DNA of 64,000 bases, from NCBI GenBank assembly GCA_013239625.1, contig MU054391.1, forward strand, positions 5,911,824 to 5,975,823, written 5' to 3'. The DNA comes from Lama guanicoe. Lineage: Eukaryota. Position 1 is the first letter of the stretch; each line of letters opens with the position of its first letter. Below are positions 23,804-37,189 of the stretch, in pieces. A program made the translations under genes and the position numbers. The notes under the pieces are model-generated. The model saw only the letters and a list, made by a program, of their open reading frames with translations, was not told where the DNA came from and made no database searches.

Positions 23804-25028
23804 ATAGTTTCTCCCATCAGGAGGGCAACTGAGTGGAAGAGCACAAGATTGGACTCAAACATTTGCATAATCAGCCCGGTTTCCACTTCTCTGCGCTGTT
23901 CTGCTCACTACTACCTGGGACAGGCTGCCAGCCCCGCCAGGCAGCGATGACGCGGTCCGTCACGTCCACCTCGTACGTGGACTGTACACCCAAAAGCCAC
24001 ACTCAAACGGAAGGCTATGCTCTCTCTTTTATAATTTCCCTGATGGCTCAGTTCTATCTTTCATTTTTTTTTTTACCAGTGTTTCCATGCCTGCGACTTG
24101 AATGTGTGGTCCTTCCTCTCGTCAATTTGTTTAAGTCTTTAACTTGACTTTCTCAGATGCAAAATGCGTTAGACACCCTCCCAGGAATACAGCCTGCTGA
24201 AGCTGCGCACGGGAGTTTGGATGAAAGGCAAAGACACAGCAGCCCCTGGTGGCAGCCCCCCGCCTAGCGCAGACACAGCTCCTGCCACCAGCCAGCTGGC
24301 CGCCAGCCTGCCTGCCTCTCAGGCCCTCAGGGTCCGCAGGACAGACACCCGGACCCTGGGGAGGGCCCTGGCGCCTGGGCTGGGGCCGTGGGAACCCGGC
24401 CGAGCTCAGGGTGAGCGTGTGACCTGTCATCACTCGAGATCCTAGGGAGGCTTTGAAAAACCACATCACAGCTGAATGAGAAGCAGAAAACATAAGAAGG
24501 ATTGAATAAGATGATTTTTCAAAGGCTCCTCTGATTCTTAAAACTAGGAGTTTTTGAGAAAAGTGAACTATCAGCAGTTAATTTTTAGAAAATCCACAAG
24601 TAACAGGAAATTACATGGACACAACGTTTTATCACCTCATAAAGCACGTTCGTGTGCATTTTCCCACGGCAGCCAGATTCTTGCACCCGAGGCAGATGGC
24701 CTGGCATGGATCCTGGCCCTGCCAGGGGCTTGGGCAGTCACCCTGCTGGGCCCCCAAGGCCTTGGATGTAAATGAGAAGGTAGCCTGGGCGCTCTCTGAG
24801 GTCCCTCCAGCTCCAGCAACCTGTGATTCTCCCACTGCAGTGGGATCTGAACTGGGGGCCTTGGGCTGGGGGCTGCCTCTGCGCTGGTGACAGCTGCTGG
24901 CATTTAGGTGCTTAAGAACCTCAATCTGCACAAACCACTGCTGACCCTCATTACCAGAGTCCAGCTCAGCCTCATCCTGGGCCCTGTGGGAACTCAAAGC
25001 TCCTGTGCCAGGAAAGCCCCCGCCCGCG

Positions 25029-25071
25029 TCTCTCCAGGCAGCATCTCTCCAGGCAGCATCTCTCCAGGCAG
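25029..25071. repeat. 15-bp minisatellite, about 2.9 copies
   Basis: tctctccaggcagca x2 plus tctctccaggcag. Confidence 0.95.
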
Positions 25072-27059
25072 TGACGCCGGTCCACTTCCCCACACCCCGC
25101 ACTCAGGAGCAGTCCCTGAGGCCTGGCATCAGGATAGGTGCTGGGAGCCTCTGCTTCAACCACGGACAGAGCCAGCATCCTGGAACCATGGAGGGAGGGA
25201 GCCCTGTGAGGTCACACCTCCTACCCCACCTGCAGGCAAATGCATGGAGCACTCTGAAATCTCACTGTTTCTATGCATCTCCTGAGAGTCCTCCTCCTGC
25301 TCCTGGTGTTCTCCAGGGCTCCAGCTCAGGACTCCCCTCCAGCCACGCGCGTGCTCTCCCCCCGTAGCCCCCCCCCCAGATGCTAAGGCTCAGAGTTCCC
25401 CGCCAGCTCCAACTGCTTCCTACAGTGGATGTGAGTTTCTGACAGCCCATGGAACCTATCTGCCTCACAACCCAAACCCAACGTGTTCAACACTGAGCAT
25501 CAGTATCAACTCCACTACATCAGCAAGAAACCTTGGCACCTTTCTAGAAACTCACCTTCCCTTGTTATCACACCCAGCATACCTCGCCTTCTCTCATCTC
25601 CCTTGCCTGGATTTCTGCTGCGTCTCCCACCTGGGCACACCGCTCCCTGCGTGGTCCCCTCTCATGCCCCTCCCTCCTGCCACCGCTTGTCTTTCTAAAC
25701 ACCGGCTAGGGAGGAGACACGAGGAATCCATCAGTGGGCATCTGGAGAAGGGAACTAAGGAAAGGTGGGGACAGGGAGGAAGGGAAGCTGTCCTTTAAGT
25801 GTACTTCTTACAATTTTCCTCATGTGCATGTATACTACCTATTCTGATTTTTTAAATAAACATGTAAAAATGAAAAACACAGAAAACTTCTACTTGCTCC
25901 CCACCGCCCACAGGATAAAGTTCAACCCCTCAGCCCAGAAGGTTGTGAAATCGTGATCCAGACCAATCTCGTTGCTTTTTGCATCCGTCCACCATCACCT
26001 TGCTGCCCGAACATTACGGAAGGCACACTGTTCTCCTGAAGCACGTTTGTCCCTCTGGGGTTTTCTACATGCTGCTCGCTCTGGATGGGATGCTCCCTCC
26101 TTTATCAACTGCTGGAAAACTACTGATCCTTTAGAACCAACTCAGATGTCAGGTGTTCTCGGATAGGAAGACTTCAGCCTCAGCTGGGGTTATTCACCTC
26201 CTCTCCCACTTACTCTACTGCACGATGAATGATGAATGCTCGTTTACACCAGCCTCCCCAACACAGGATGAGATTTTAGGTGTCAGCAATATGTTTTACT
26301 CTTTAGTGTGTCCTAGGTTGATCAAATACCGCTTACTGCCACTTAAATGTGTGTTCTTTGCTGTAGATCTGAATGGAGACAGATGTAACTGTCTTCAAAA
26401 TAGCGGGTTTTTTTTCCCCAGAAAGTCCATTGTATTATCCATCACTTTCAAATCCCTGTGGTATATCTGCTTTTCAGCCATGTAATCATTCTGACTGCCT
26501 GTTTTCCCCTCGCATCCCACAGCAGGTGTGAGCCAGGATCACTGTGAAGCCCTGGCTGATGGTAACAGGCAAGAAAGAGTTACCCCCACCCTCCTTTGCT
26601 AGAGCCAAATGGAACCTTTGCAAAAATGGTGGAGAACGGATTCATTCAGGCTAAGGAGAAGACAGATAATGAACTTCCCTTGATCTTGAGTGACTTGGAT
26701 TTATTAGGCAGAGGAGGGGGGAAGTCTGCATTATCACCTGTTAGTAAAAATACTGAATTTATGTATACTGGACTGAATCAAAATTTCCTCTTTAAAGGTG
26801 TCTTTGAATTTCACTAGCACGCGTAACCCCCGAAACTTCTTTTATCTAGCCCATTCTATGACTGCGATTTTATGGTTAATTCAGTACCCTTAACAGAGTC
26901 ATATTTATGGCTACCCACCTACCACTGCACTGTAAAAAGAACCTTCCTGAAAGTGCTGGCCACTCTCCAGTTCCTCCGGTTCTCCATCAACTCTGGCCCA
27001 CCAGGTTTCCCCCACTGCTCCACTGAAGGGGCTCTGACCAAGGGCACCAGGGGCCTCCA

Positions 27060-28365
27060 GGTCATCACACACACCGGACAGCTCTCAGGCTTCATCTCGC
27101 TTGTCCATCAAGCAGCATTTACAAGAGCTGGCCACTTGCTCCTTCTTCACATGCTTTCCTCCCTTGGCTTCCAGACCCCACATCCTCTTGGTTTTCTTCC
27201 CCTTTACAGGCTGTCCCCTCATCGTCTCTACTCCTGAACAAGGTCACACACGCAAACACCCAGAGCAGAGCCTGGTACACCATCAGTGGGATAGTTATGT
27301 GTTGGCAGGCATCATCATTACTGGTGATCTGATCTAATCGCCACCCTCCTATGTTCTAAGGACTCCCCAAAGCATTAACTCCAAACCCAACCTCTCCCCT
27401 GAAGGCCAAACTCTTGTAAAGCTCCTTTCACCTGACAGCTCTACAGAGATGTCTAACACGTATCTCAGACGTAACATATTCAAAACCAAGTTCCTGATTA
27501 ACAATACCCCACACCTGCCCCTTCCCCATTTCCCATGTCAGTTAATGGCAGCCATATTCTTCTAGCTGCTCAAGCCAAACACTCTGGGGTCTACTTTGAC
27601 TCCTTTCCCACACACTCCACAGCTAATCCACTGGTAAACTGGCTGCCTCTATCTGTAATCCAGGTCCATAAGCCAATCAGCCCTCACCACTTCCCTCACT
27701 AGCACCCTGGTCCACACCAATCCCTCTTCTCACCTGGATGACTGCAGAAGCCTCCCAAATCTGTTCCCAGCTTTGGCCCCGCCACCACATCCCAGTCGGT
27801 CTTCAACATGGCAGCCAGGGTGAGCCATAACACCAACCAGATCACGTCATCCGCTGTTCAAAGCCCTCCAGAATTTTCCACCTCATTCAAAGTAAAAGCC
27901 AGGGCCTTACGGTGGCCACAAGGCTCGCCACGCTCTGCCCAGGCATCAGGCCACTGCCCTGTCTCCCACGGCTCTGCCCTGCTCCCTCCACTCCGGCCAC
28001 ACTGCCCAGCTCACGGCTCTGTCAGCACAACCTCCAGGCTCCACCCCAGGGCCTCTGACTTACTGACCCCTCGCGCCCACAGAAGCACCGCTGGCCCTTG
28101 CCTTCTTCACGTCTTTGCCCAAACACCTCCTCCTCAGTAACACCTGGGTTATCACTGATTTAAAATGACAACCCGGGCCTGCTTCTGCTCTCCCAACCCC
28201 TGTTGCTTTTTTGCTCTTTATATTTTATTTTGTGCACTGTTGGACCTACACGACCAGGATCTTAGCAGAGGATTTTTCTGTTTACTTTACTAATGTATAA
28301 CCAGCACCTGGAACAGAATCTGTCCCACGTAGGTGCTCAAAAATATACGTTGAATGGATAGATCA
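27060..28365 (+). mobile_element. L2 (L2a-like) 3' portion
   Basis: gatgtctaacacgtatctcagacgtaacat...ctgctcaagccaaacactctgggg...ending ccagcacctggaacag...gtaggtgctcaaaaatatacgttgaatgga. Confidence 0.75.
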
Positions 28366-29559
28366 ATATGAGACTGAACGTTTTTCTAATCAAGAGTTCA
28401 CTGATTGGCAGAGATACTACTGCATTTTAAAAAAAATCACAGTTTGATTAAATAACTTAATGAAAGACAAATCCAAACCCTTAACTTTTTACACATAGTT
28501 TTCCCACCCTAAATAGTTTTCAGTTTCAAAATCCCACTAAAATACTGTTGATTTTAAAGTTCCACTGACTTTGGGAAAGGAATTCTGCCTTGGGCACCTA
28601 AGACTGCATAGGCACAAGTTGAAAATTAATCCAGAACAGTGATAGGAGACGGTTTAGTGAATTACAGTACATGAACTTGATGGAAAATTTCACGTTCATT
28701 AAAGTAATAATTAAGAATATTATGCAGCAACATGAAAAGCTGCTTGTGAGACGGTTTAAGTACAAAAGTTCAAGACAGAATGTTATAATTCGGTGACACG
28801 TGTCTTAAAGAGAACAAAAGAAATGAAAACAGCTCTGAGACCCACATACTCACTTAAAATACTAGCTGCAATTATTTTTGAACATAGTCAAGTGTAACAC
28901 ATAATATTCAGAATCAGAGATCATAACAGACAGATCAGATGATTCAGAGATATACATAATCAGTCCCTAAGGAATTCTAATCAACAGTGGTTAAATTTTT
29001 TAAATGTGGGTGTTTAAAGGGGTAATTTCACTTGAGTTTGATATTCTCTTAGGAAAAATACCTCTCCCCTCCAAAATGTTAGAGAGTTATGAACCTAAGG
29101 AAGGTTTTCTTCCTTCCTTCCTAAAGAAATTTAAAACAGTGTTATCTATATGCTCAGTCAGACTTTTTCTCTGTCCTTGGGAACATCATTTCTAACATTC
29201 TGAAGAAGGGCCAACTTCTACTTACGCGTTTCGATACTGATTCATCAAAATCCCAATTTTTTGTGAGCCCAGTGGTTAACTCAGAGTCTTGTAAAACATG
29301 CAACTGACAGAGACTCAATTCAAGGGTGTAATCTATAAAGCAAAGAAGCATAAACCCCGTCATCTGGCCATACAGGCAGTTAACCTGTTAGCCCACAAAC
29401 TTTACAGCCAGGACGCTAAGAGACTTTAGTCTTTTTACTTTGTCTCCCCAGACCTGAAAAAAATGAACTGGACTCAAGCTTCCTTACAGCTCTAATAATC
29501 TAGGATTCTAGGATTCATTCAGGAAACATTTGCGGTACAGAAGATACATACAGTCCACA

Positions 29560-29935
29560 TCCAAAACAGCAACCACATCTGGCTGATTTTACCTCCTCAT
29601 CTTTCTCGACTCTGTCTCCCCTTCAGTCCCAGTCCTCTCACTGCACTGCTTCACTCGGGACCTGCTCATCTGGACCACTGAAGTAGTCCCCAGTTGGTCA
29701 TCTTGCCCCTAGTCTTACTCTGCCAAGTTCATCCTCCCCATGGCTGTTGGCCCAACCTTCCTAAAACACAAAATGTCACTCCCCTAATCCTTCAAAGATA
29801 CCCATGGCTTTTATGGTAAAGTCCAAACTCCTTAGCATCGAGCTCCTAGCATGCATGTCCGCAGCATCTCTAGCACCTAGAGTGAAGCCAGGCACACAAC
29901 AGATGCTCAAACAATACCTGAGAAATGACTGAAAG
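29560..29935 (+). mobile_element. L2 fragment
   Basis: taaagtccaaactccttagc...tagcacctagagtgaagccaggcacacaacagatgctcaaa. Confidence 0.6.
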
Positions 29936-30999
29936 AAGGAGAAAGGCAGCCCCTGCTCCCTAGGAGTCCCTATGTCACCCAGCCAATCAGTGTGGGGGGA
30001 TCCAGTCTTTCTGTTTTCTCCTGATTTTTGTTTCTGAAGTTGCCAAAACTCTTGAAAACTGAAAACTAAGAGATTGCTTCCATGCTACCTCAGAATTTCC
30101 TCTGAATTTCTCAACTGTTTATCCATGTTTAGGGTTATGTAACTGAACACTGATGTAATCTTACAGGAATCTTGTTATATAATTTGGTCCCACTTGCTGC
30201 TCACTTGGAGAGGGTAGCAAGCGATGGGCGGGAGGACACAGGAGGAAGGCTCTGCACTGTTTGGGTTGGACCAGTCCTTTCCATCCCCCTCCCTTCCCCG
30301 CCACCTCACTGAGGAGCTTCCAGGATTCTACTGCTTGGTGGCTGCCCCAGAAGACACTTCCCTCAGGTCCCCAGCAGTTGTTAAGCAAAGCCTGCAGGAC
30401 TCCAGGGAAGGGAGGACTGCCTTGGACATCCTCCTCAAGCCCAGGAGCTGATATTGAAGATCTTGCTCATTCAGTTCTGCTGGAGTAAAGACAGTTGCCA
30501 AACGAGAGTGCTCATTTTTATTGTTTTTCTAGAACAGCAGGGATGTTATTACAAGTGTTCTGGAAGAGAGAAGAGGGAAGCCAAAAAGAGATTGCATAGC
30601 ATCTTAAAAATAGCCAGTAGTATGCGAATTGCTTGACCGCAAGGCAGAGATCCTGACGGGTCTGACACGCGGGGCCTTTGTAACCACTGTTCAGCTACCA
30701 GTCCCACCTTCTGGCACCCTCCTCCAACAGTGTCCGAGGGAATGGCCAAGGGGCAGGTACCTGAGAGCTAGGTAGCACCCCTGGCCAGCTCCCACCTATG
30801 CTGGAAGGAGCCACAGTTTCAAAAGGAATAAAAGGCGAGCTCTGGCCAGAAGAAAGCCCGAGAGACGCATTTCTGCCCAGGGATGTCTGTCCCTCTGCCC
30901 TTGGAGGCTGCTCTCAGCACTCACATCCCCCCACCCTCAATCGGAGGCAGTTAGACCTGCACCCAGAGGACGCAGGGAGGGAGAAAATCAGAGGGGGAG

Positions 31000-32290
31000 T
31001 TCGCGCAGGAGAGGCCGCGCGATCAGCGGGGTTCGGGGACAGTGAGACGGGGGNNNNNNNNNNNNNNNNNNNNNNNNNNNNNNNNNNNNNNNNNNNNNNN
31101 NNNNNNNNNNNNNNNNNNNNNNNNNNNNNNNNNNNNNNNNNNNNNNNNNNNNNNNNNNNNNNNNNNNNNNNNNNNNNNNNNNNNNNNNNNNNNNNNNNNN
31201 NNNNNNNNNNNNNNNNNNNNNNNNNNNNNNNNNNNNNNNNNNNNNNNNNNNNNNNNNNNNNNNNNNNNNNNNNNNNNNNNNNNNNNNNNNNNNNNNNNNN
31301 NNNNNNNNNNNNNNNNNNNNNNNNNNNNNNNNNNNNNNNNNNNNNNNNNNNNNNNNNNNNNNNNNNNNNNNNNNNNNNNNNNNNNNNNNNNNNNNNNNNN
31401 NNNNNNNNNNNNNNNNNNNNNNNNNNNNNNNNNNNNNNNNNNNNNNNNNNNNNNNNNNNNNNNNNNNNNNNNNNNNNNNNNNNNNNNNNNNNNNNNNNNN
31501 NNNNNNNNNNNNNNNNNNNNNNNNNNNNNNNNNNNNNNNNNNNNNNNNNNNNNNNNNNNNNNNNNNNNNNNNNNNNNNNNNNNNNNNNNNNNNNNNNNNN
31601 NNNNNNNNNNNNNNNNNNNNNNNNNNNNNNNNNNNNNNNNNNNNNNNNGGGGAAGTCGAGGGGAGGCGAGATCCCGGCTCTGGGATGCGGCTAGGGGCGG
31701 GGATGCGAACCCGGGCCTGAGGGAGGGGCGGAGCCACGGGAGCGGGGAGCGCAGGCCGTGGTGTCGGGGTGGGGGAACGAGACCCCGGGGTAGGGCAGCG
31801 TGGGAGGGGGCGGCGGGGGCTGCAGGGCGAGATCCCGCGGCGGCGACCCGGGTACTGCCCCCGGCCTGGAGCCGGGGCGAGGTCGGGGATGGGGCTCCGG
31901 GGAAGCGGGCGGCCAGGGGCGGGGGCGCGGACCCTCGGCTGTGGAAGTCGGGCGGGCAGCGAGGGCTGGGCGCAGGGGCACTGGATGGGGGGCGAGGGCA
32001 GTCGGCGCGGCGCCCGCTCCTATTCCGCCCCTCCCCTCTTCCCGCCTCCTGTCCCGCCCCTCCTTGGGGGTCCTCGCTCCCCGACCCTCGGGTCCTGCTG
32101 CCTGGACGAACCGAACACACTGGGGCTCCTACAGGTCCTGGGGAGAACTCGGTCGCGCTTTTTGTTTTTATATAAAGCACGCCCAAGGCCAGCACCCCCA
32201 GACAGGCCTGAGTGGGGTGATGTCTGCGGAGGTGACTGCACAGCCCGGCCCTCTCCGAGGTTACAGGGCGGTGGGGACGTCACCTCTCCG
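31000..32290 (-). promoter_or_regulatory. CYS1 promoter CpG island
   Basis: Very high GC/CpG, multiple GGGCGG boxes at 31690-32060, positioned 5' of CYS1 exon 2 on the - strand. Confidence 0.8.
31054..31648. other. Assembly gap (595 N), predicted to contain CYS1 exon 1
   Basis: N run flanked by very GC-rich sequence. The myristoylated MGSGSS N-terminus of cystin is not visible in the flanks, and the gap is large enough for about 100 codons plus UTR. Confidence 0.85.
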
Positions 32291-33073
32291 AGACTCCTGT
32301 TCCTCAGATGTGAAGTTGGAGGAAGGGGCCAGACGGTAGAAACACCTCTGAGGACGGAGTAAGACAATGAAGGTGCAGGGCCTCGCACTCTTAAATTTCT
32401 GCCTTCTCTCCCCCGCAGTGACAGACCTCAGACAGGACAGAAGGAGGAGGGGAGCGATGATTCTTCGGACCGGAATGCCCCCTCCAGCCTGTCCACGAGG
32501 CAGCAGGCAGTGGGCAGTGAAGGGCCCTGGGCTTCCCTTCCTTCTCCTCTGCCCTAAAGGAGATCTGGCGCCGGAAGGCCAGGCCTCATTAAAAACCGTC
32601 ATCAAAAACGGAACCACTTTGGGGAAAGAGAAAATTTAAAAGGAGACAGGGAAAGCATTCTCTGCCTCTAAGGAAAAAGCCGATAGGTGCTGATCATTAT
32701 TAATTCTAGCTTTTGGTTAATGGATAAAAAGGAAAGAAAGAAAAATGCTCATTATGTTTAAGCAGAGCAATCCCCAAATAAGCACAAGAAACAGGCCAAA
32801 GCTAATTCAAACCTAGTGACGCTATTGTTGGTCGCGCTTACATTTTATTTAAGACTTGATTTCTCTCACTCCCTCAAAACCTAACCTTTGCAAAGAAGGA
32901 CACTTCAAATATCCAGGGTTTAACTCACATATCTTGACTTGACATTAACCCAAATCCAGGCAGGATTGCAGAATAATTGTTAAAATGAAATTTTGGTTAA
33001 ACTTTCCCATCCATAGACTTGAAATTTTACTATTTTATTACTTCAGGAGTAGGCATTAAAAACTTTATGTCTA

Positions 33074-33215
33074 GGGGGAGGGTATAGTTCAAATGGTAGA
33101 GCACATGCTTAGCATGCATGAGGTCCTGGGTTCAATCCCCAGTACCTCCTCTAAAAATAAATAAATAAACCCAATTACTTCCCTCCCCCCTCAAAAACAA
33201 AACAAAACAAAACTG
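33074..33215 (+). mobile_element. Vic-1-like SINE
   Basis: gggggagggtatagttcaaatggtagagcacatgcttagcatgcatgaggtcctgggttcaatccccagtacctcc, (caaaa)n tail; 16-bp TSD with 2 mismatches at 33058-33073 and 33216-33231. Confidence 0.92.
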
Positions 33216-36200
33216 AAAACCTTTATGCCTAAGAAAATGGAATAAATCTGGGATTCAAGTCCATATCCATTTGTATTATTATCAAGAGACCAGAGAAATA
33301 TTTATAACTTTTCTTCCTTTTTTATTTTTTTGACATGCTGTGTTAACCAACCAGATGTAGAATATGGGCCAGATACATTATTTGATGTCATTTGGGTGTT
33401 CTGAGTCCACAGATGTGTCCAATTTGGAAGCTGTTGATATAAGCTTTCTCTTTAAGAAAACAAATCTCATCTTGAAACTCTTTAAGCCTGTGAAAAAAAT
33501 CTTCAGATGGGAAAAGACATTTTTCCTGTACTAAGTTCAACTAAGTTTAATCATTTAAAGCAAAACATGTTTTACTTCTGCCTAAGTAGAGTCTAGTCAT
33601 GTGACTCATAGTTTAAATATATCCAGAGCTCCCTGTGTTCACCTCCCAGGGCAATTGATCTCTCTGACCGCTCTTGATTCCAGTCATGTTTCCCCAGACT
33701 TGTCTGACTCGCTTGGCTTCAGTGAGCGGAAACGCCAAAGCCTGTATTCTTTCCACTCTGGGAATGTGTTTAAAATCAGCTACATTTGGAGACCTGGCTT
33801 CCATCTCTTCGTGTGAAAAACCCAGATTGATTCTATTAGAAGCTTCCCATAACAACTGAACAACCTAAGCTTTCCCACATGACCAAATGCCGCCTGAGAT
33901 CATCTCTAGAAATAAACAAAAATCTCTTTGTCTCAAAGGGTTGGCAAAGTCCTGGGAATATTGGAACATTGAAAGTGGGGTCTGATCCCTCTTCAGGAAG
34001 CATCCTGGCAGCCATACCTCTCCAGCTAAAGGACTTCATTATTCAGTGATTGTGGTGGTGGCTGGTGAGGGGAGTGGAGGGTGAAGCCCAGCTTAGGAAT
34101 TGGCTGCTTAACCCCTGGAAAATAAGAATATCCTTGCAATGAAGAAATTAAACTTTGGGAGAGAACTGCAACTGCAGTTGTTGATACTTCTGGCAGAAGA
34201 TGTGTTCTGAGTGATGTTTTCCTTGGCAACAGGGCTAGCCTGGCAACTGGGGTTGAAGCAGTTCCTCTCCTCACCTCTGCACAAGGACCACCCCTGTTGC
34301 AGCTGGGCTTCCAACCCCCTCCCCCTTTCAAAGCACCACTCAAATGCCCATCTTCAGGGACCCTCCAGATCTCCACTCCCTGCTCAGAATCTCTATAATT
34401 TCCCACTGTTTCCAATGAATCACTAGCTATTACATAGGAGAGAGAGATGGTAGAGGTGCAGTCATTAGGAATATGCAGAAGGATAGTGTTTATATTCAGA
34501 TGAGAAATGAGACAGCGTTTGAAACACAGGCAAGCCATGTTTCTATTTTTAATGCTTAGTAACTTGAGAGAGCCACAGTGCTATCAATTATTGCTGATAC
34601 ATTTCGACAGCAGTATCTTATACAATTGCTATTGTCTTCTTGCAGAGCTCCAAGCTTTTGCATTGGATTTCTTGGCTTCATCCCTGAGAGGGGTGGAGAA
34701 AGAGCCAACAGCATTCATTAAGGACTGTTAATGAATTACAGAACTCCTTTGTAAGATTTAACTCAGAAATATATCGTAAGTCCTCAGAGTTGGCATGTTT
34801 ACATCATGATTGATTTGGCCCATTCTATAACATGGTAAAAAATTCTGACATGTGCAGTAAAACATGGGTGACTTGTACCCTATTTGAATAAGAGATGGAA
34901 AGTGGGCTTTGTGACGCAGACTTTCCGTAAGTTGATCAGTACTCAGTGCTTAAAGAGACACATACGGGCTTCTGGTTCAAAATGACACATTAGGCAGAGT
35001 TTGCTTCTCTTGTTTTTCGCAACTCCCCCTGAAATTAAGATATTGAAGGTTTTTTTTTTAAAAAAAAGTTCAGAAAGGGAAAAAGGGACAGGGAAGGGGT
35101 TAGAAAGGGGAGAGAAAATCACAAGAGATTTCAACACACGTCTGGAAGATGGGAAGCTGATAGTAGAAAGTGGCCAGATGAAACAGATGAAACACAAAGA
35201 GAAATTACAACCTAAGATACGATGTCAGAGGCCAGAGAGGAAACAGGAGTCAGCCTTCTAACAGACGAGGCTCTGGGACTTGGTCAGCAGGTATGACCAA
35301 AGGTGGGAACGGCGAGTAGGAATATAAACCAAAGGACTGATTAAAGGTCTTCACAGGAACAGTGCATCGTCCCCTACCCCACCCCATTCATGGGTAACAA
35401 AAAAGGACCAGGTTGCTGATGTGGCTTCCTCTGCTACTGTGTAAATAAGACTTTTTCTGCCAAGTTTTCACCTGGAGTGGGGAGCTGTAGGGGGCAGGGT
35501 GTTTAGTAAGGGCAGGAAGCTGGCCACTTTGGAATTGGGCTCCTCTGGGTTCAGGCGCCCACACCTGTCCATTGAGCTATGGTGATGGCTCGTGTGGAGG
35601 GACTGTCCTTCCCAGGGGCTGTGGACGGGGCAGACATCATGACTGTGCAGAACGGTATCCACAGTCACTGGCCTCAGTGAACCCGCTCCCTTCTCCTTGA
35701 AGATCTGTTGTACAGAAAGCCACATGTGATTCTCCTTTCCATGTACCCCCAGTCTGGGGTTGGAGATTTGGAGGCACTCCAAGCATACTCAGACTCTAGG
35801 CTTTGTTAGGGTTATTGATCATCCTGAAGCAATTGTGTAGCAGGACAGGAGGAGGGGTAGTGCTGGGAGGAGGCAATGAAGGCTTGGCAAATGTGGCCTC
35901 TAACATGCCCTGTTTCTCACAGAAGTTAACCTTTGCAATATCACTGGTGAAAAAGAGCGTGTAACAGACATGAAATGTCCGACTTTAAGCTCAAACCCCC
36001 TCACCATGAATGGCAACTCTGCAGTGTGGGAGCTGCCCTGTTTGGATGGCCAGTTCTGCCCAGAACCAGCCCGTGATCCCAGAGAGCTGGGAGAATGCTG
36101 ATGGCTACTTCTCACTGGAGACCCGCGAATTAAGCAGTGAATCAATCAGCTGAAGGAACAGAGGTCTCTGCTTAAAGCTCAGATTCAACATTCAGTCTCT

Positions 36201-36657
36201 CGGCTCTCTTGTTCGCAGCTCTTTAACTTGTGAAGTGGAGTTGAGTCCCAGCCTGCTCACAACTGTACTGAGGGATGCCTGTGTGTACAGGCCCTCCTGC
36301 CGGGAAGGATCTCTTGTCCTCCAGAATGCAGCTTCCTCCTCTGTGCCATCAACCACCACTTCCTGAGAGGCTGCCGAGCTCTGCCCTGGTTTCTTTACGG
36401 ACAGTGGCTCTCAACAAACTTCTGAGGTAGATGCTACCTGCCTCCATTTTATGGTTGCAAAGCTGATGCTCAGAAGAGTGGGGGACCTGCTTGTCTCAAA
36501 GCTACTAAGTAACAGGGCTGGGACTGGAGCCCAGGTCTGTCTAGTCCCCAGGTTTTTGCCATTATGCTCGATATACTTAAATAAATGAGGAACCTAGGAG
36601 AATAGACAAGCTGATTTCTGAGTATAAGGAACGACAACGCTGGTACCCAGGGCTACC

Positions 36658-36730
36658 ATGCACGTCGGGTGACAAACCATTCTTATTTGCCCGGGACTGA
36701 GGGTGTTCCCAGGACACAGGACTTTCAAAC
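36658..36730. mobile_element. MER81-like hAT-Blackjack fragment
   Basis: gggtgacaaaccattcttatttgcccgggactgagggtgttcccaggacacaggactttca. Confidence 0.6.
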
Positions 36731-37189
36731 AGATGAGTAGGTTGCTCGCTGTGTAGAGTTGTACAGGTTGTTCATTGAACAAAAGTACCTGATCAAGCAG
36801 TAAGTGGAGGCTGCAGTTTGGCCACGCTTCATTCACCAAGCTGTCCTCTGTGGGCAGAGCTGCATCCTCCTAGACGAAGGCGCCACGTGGGCTCGCTAAG
36901 GCCGGCCAGTTCCTCTGACACTATTAACCCAGAGCTTGAAGTATGTCAGTGATTAGGGATATGGCCTCATTTTAAAGTAACTTTTTCACTCTCTCTTGCC
37001 AAATAATTTTTCCCAATTCCTGTGCACGTGCACATACACAAACACACAAGATCAAAGCACAAATCCCTAATCATATTCTGACAAACTAGTCCTGCCGCAG
37101 AGAAGAAACGAAGCTGGAGAAATGTGATAGATTTAGAATGCCACGTCTGACACGGCTGCTCTCCGAACCTTTCCCCTGGGTGTTTGGTA

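Noticed and set aside
22565..25071. Short direct repeats as a possible CRISPR-like array
   Set aside because: Units are adjacent tandem copies without spacers and are unrelated to one another; mammalian context with no cas genes.
30798..32195. Long ORFs (249-390 aa) spanning the N run
   Set aside because: Their length comes from untranslatable N codons and GC-rich flanks; they are not real reading frames.
34026..34538. 170-aa minus-strand ORF upstream of CYS1
   Set aside because: No recognisable homology, coding-like composition or consistent splice signals; compatible with chance.
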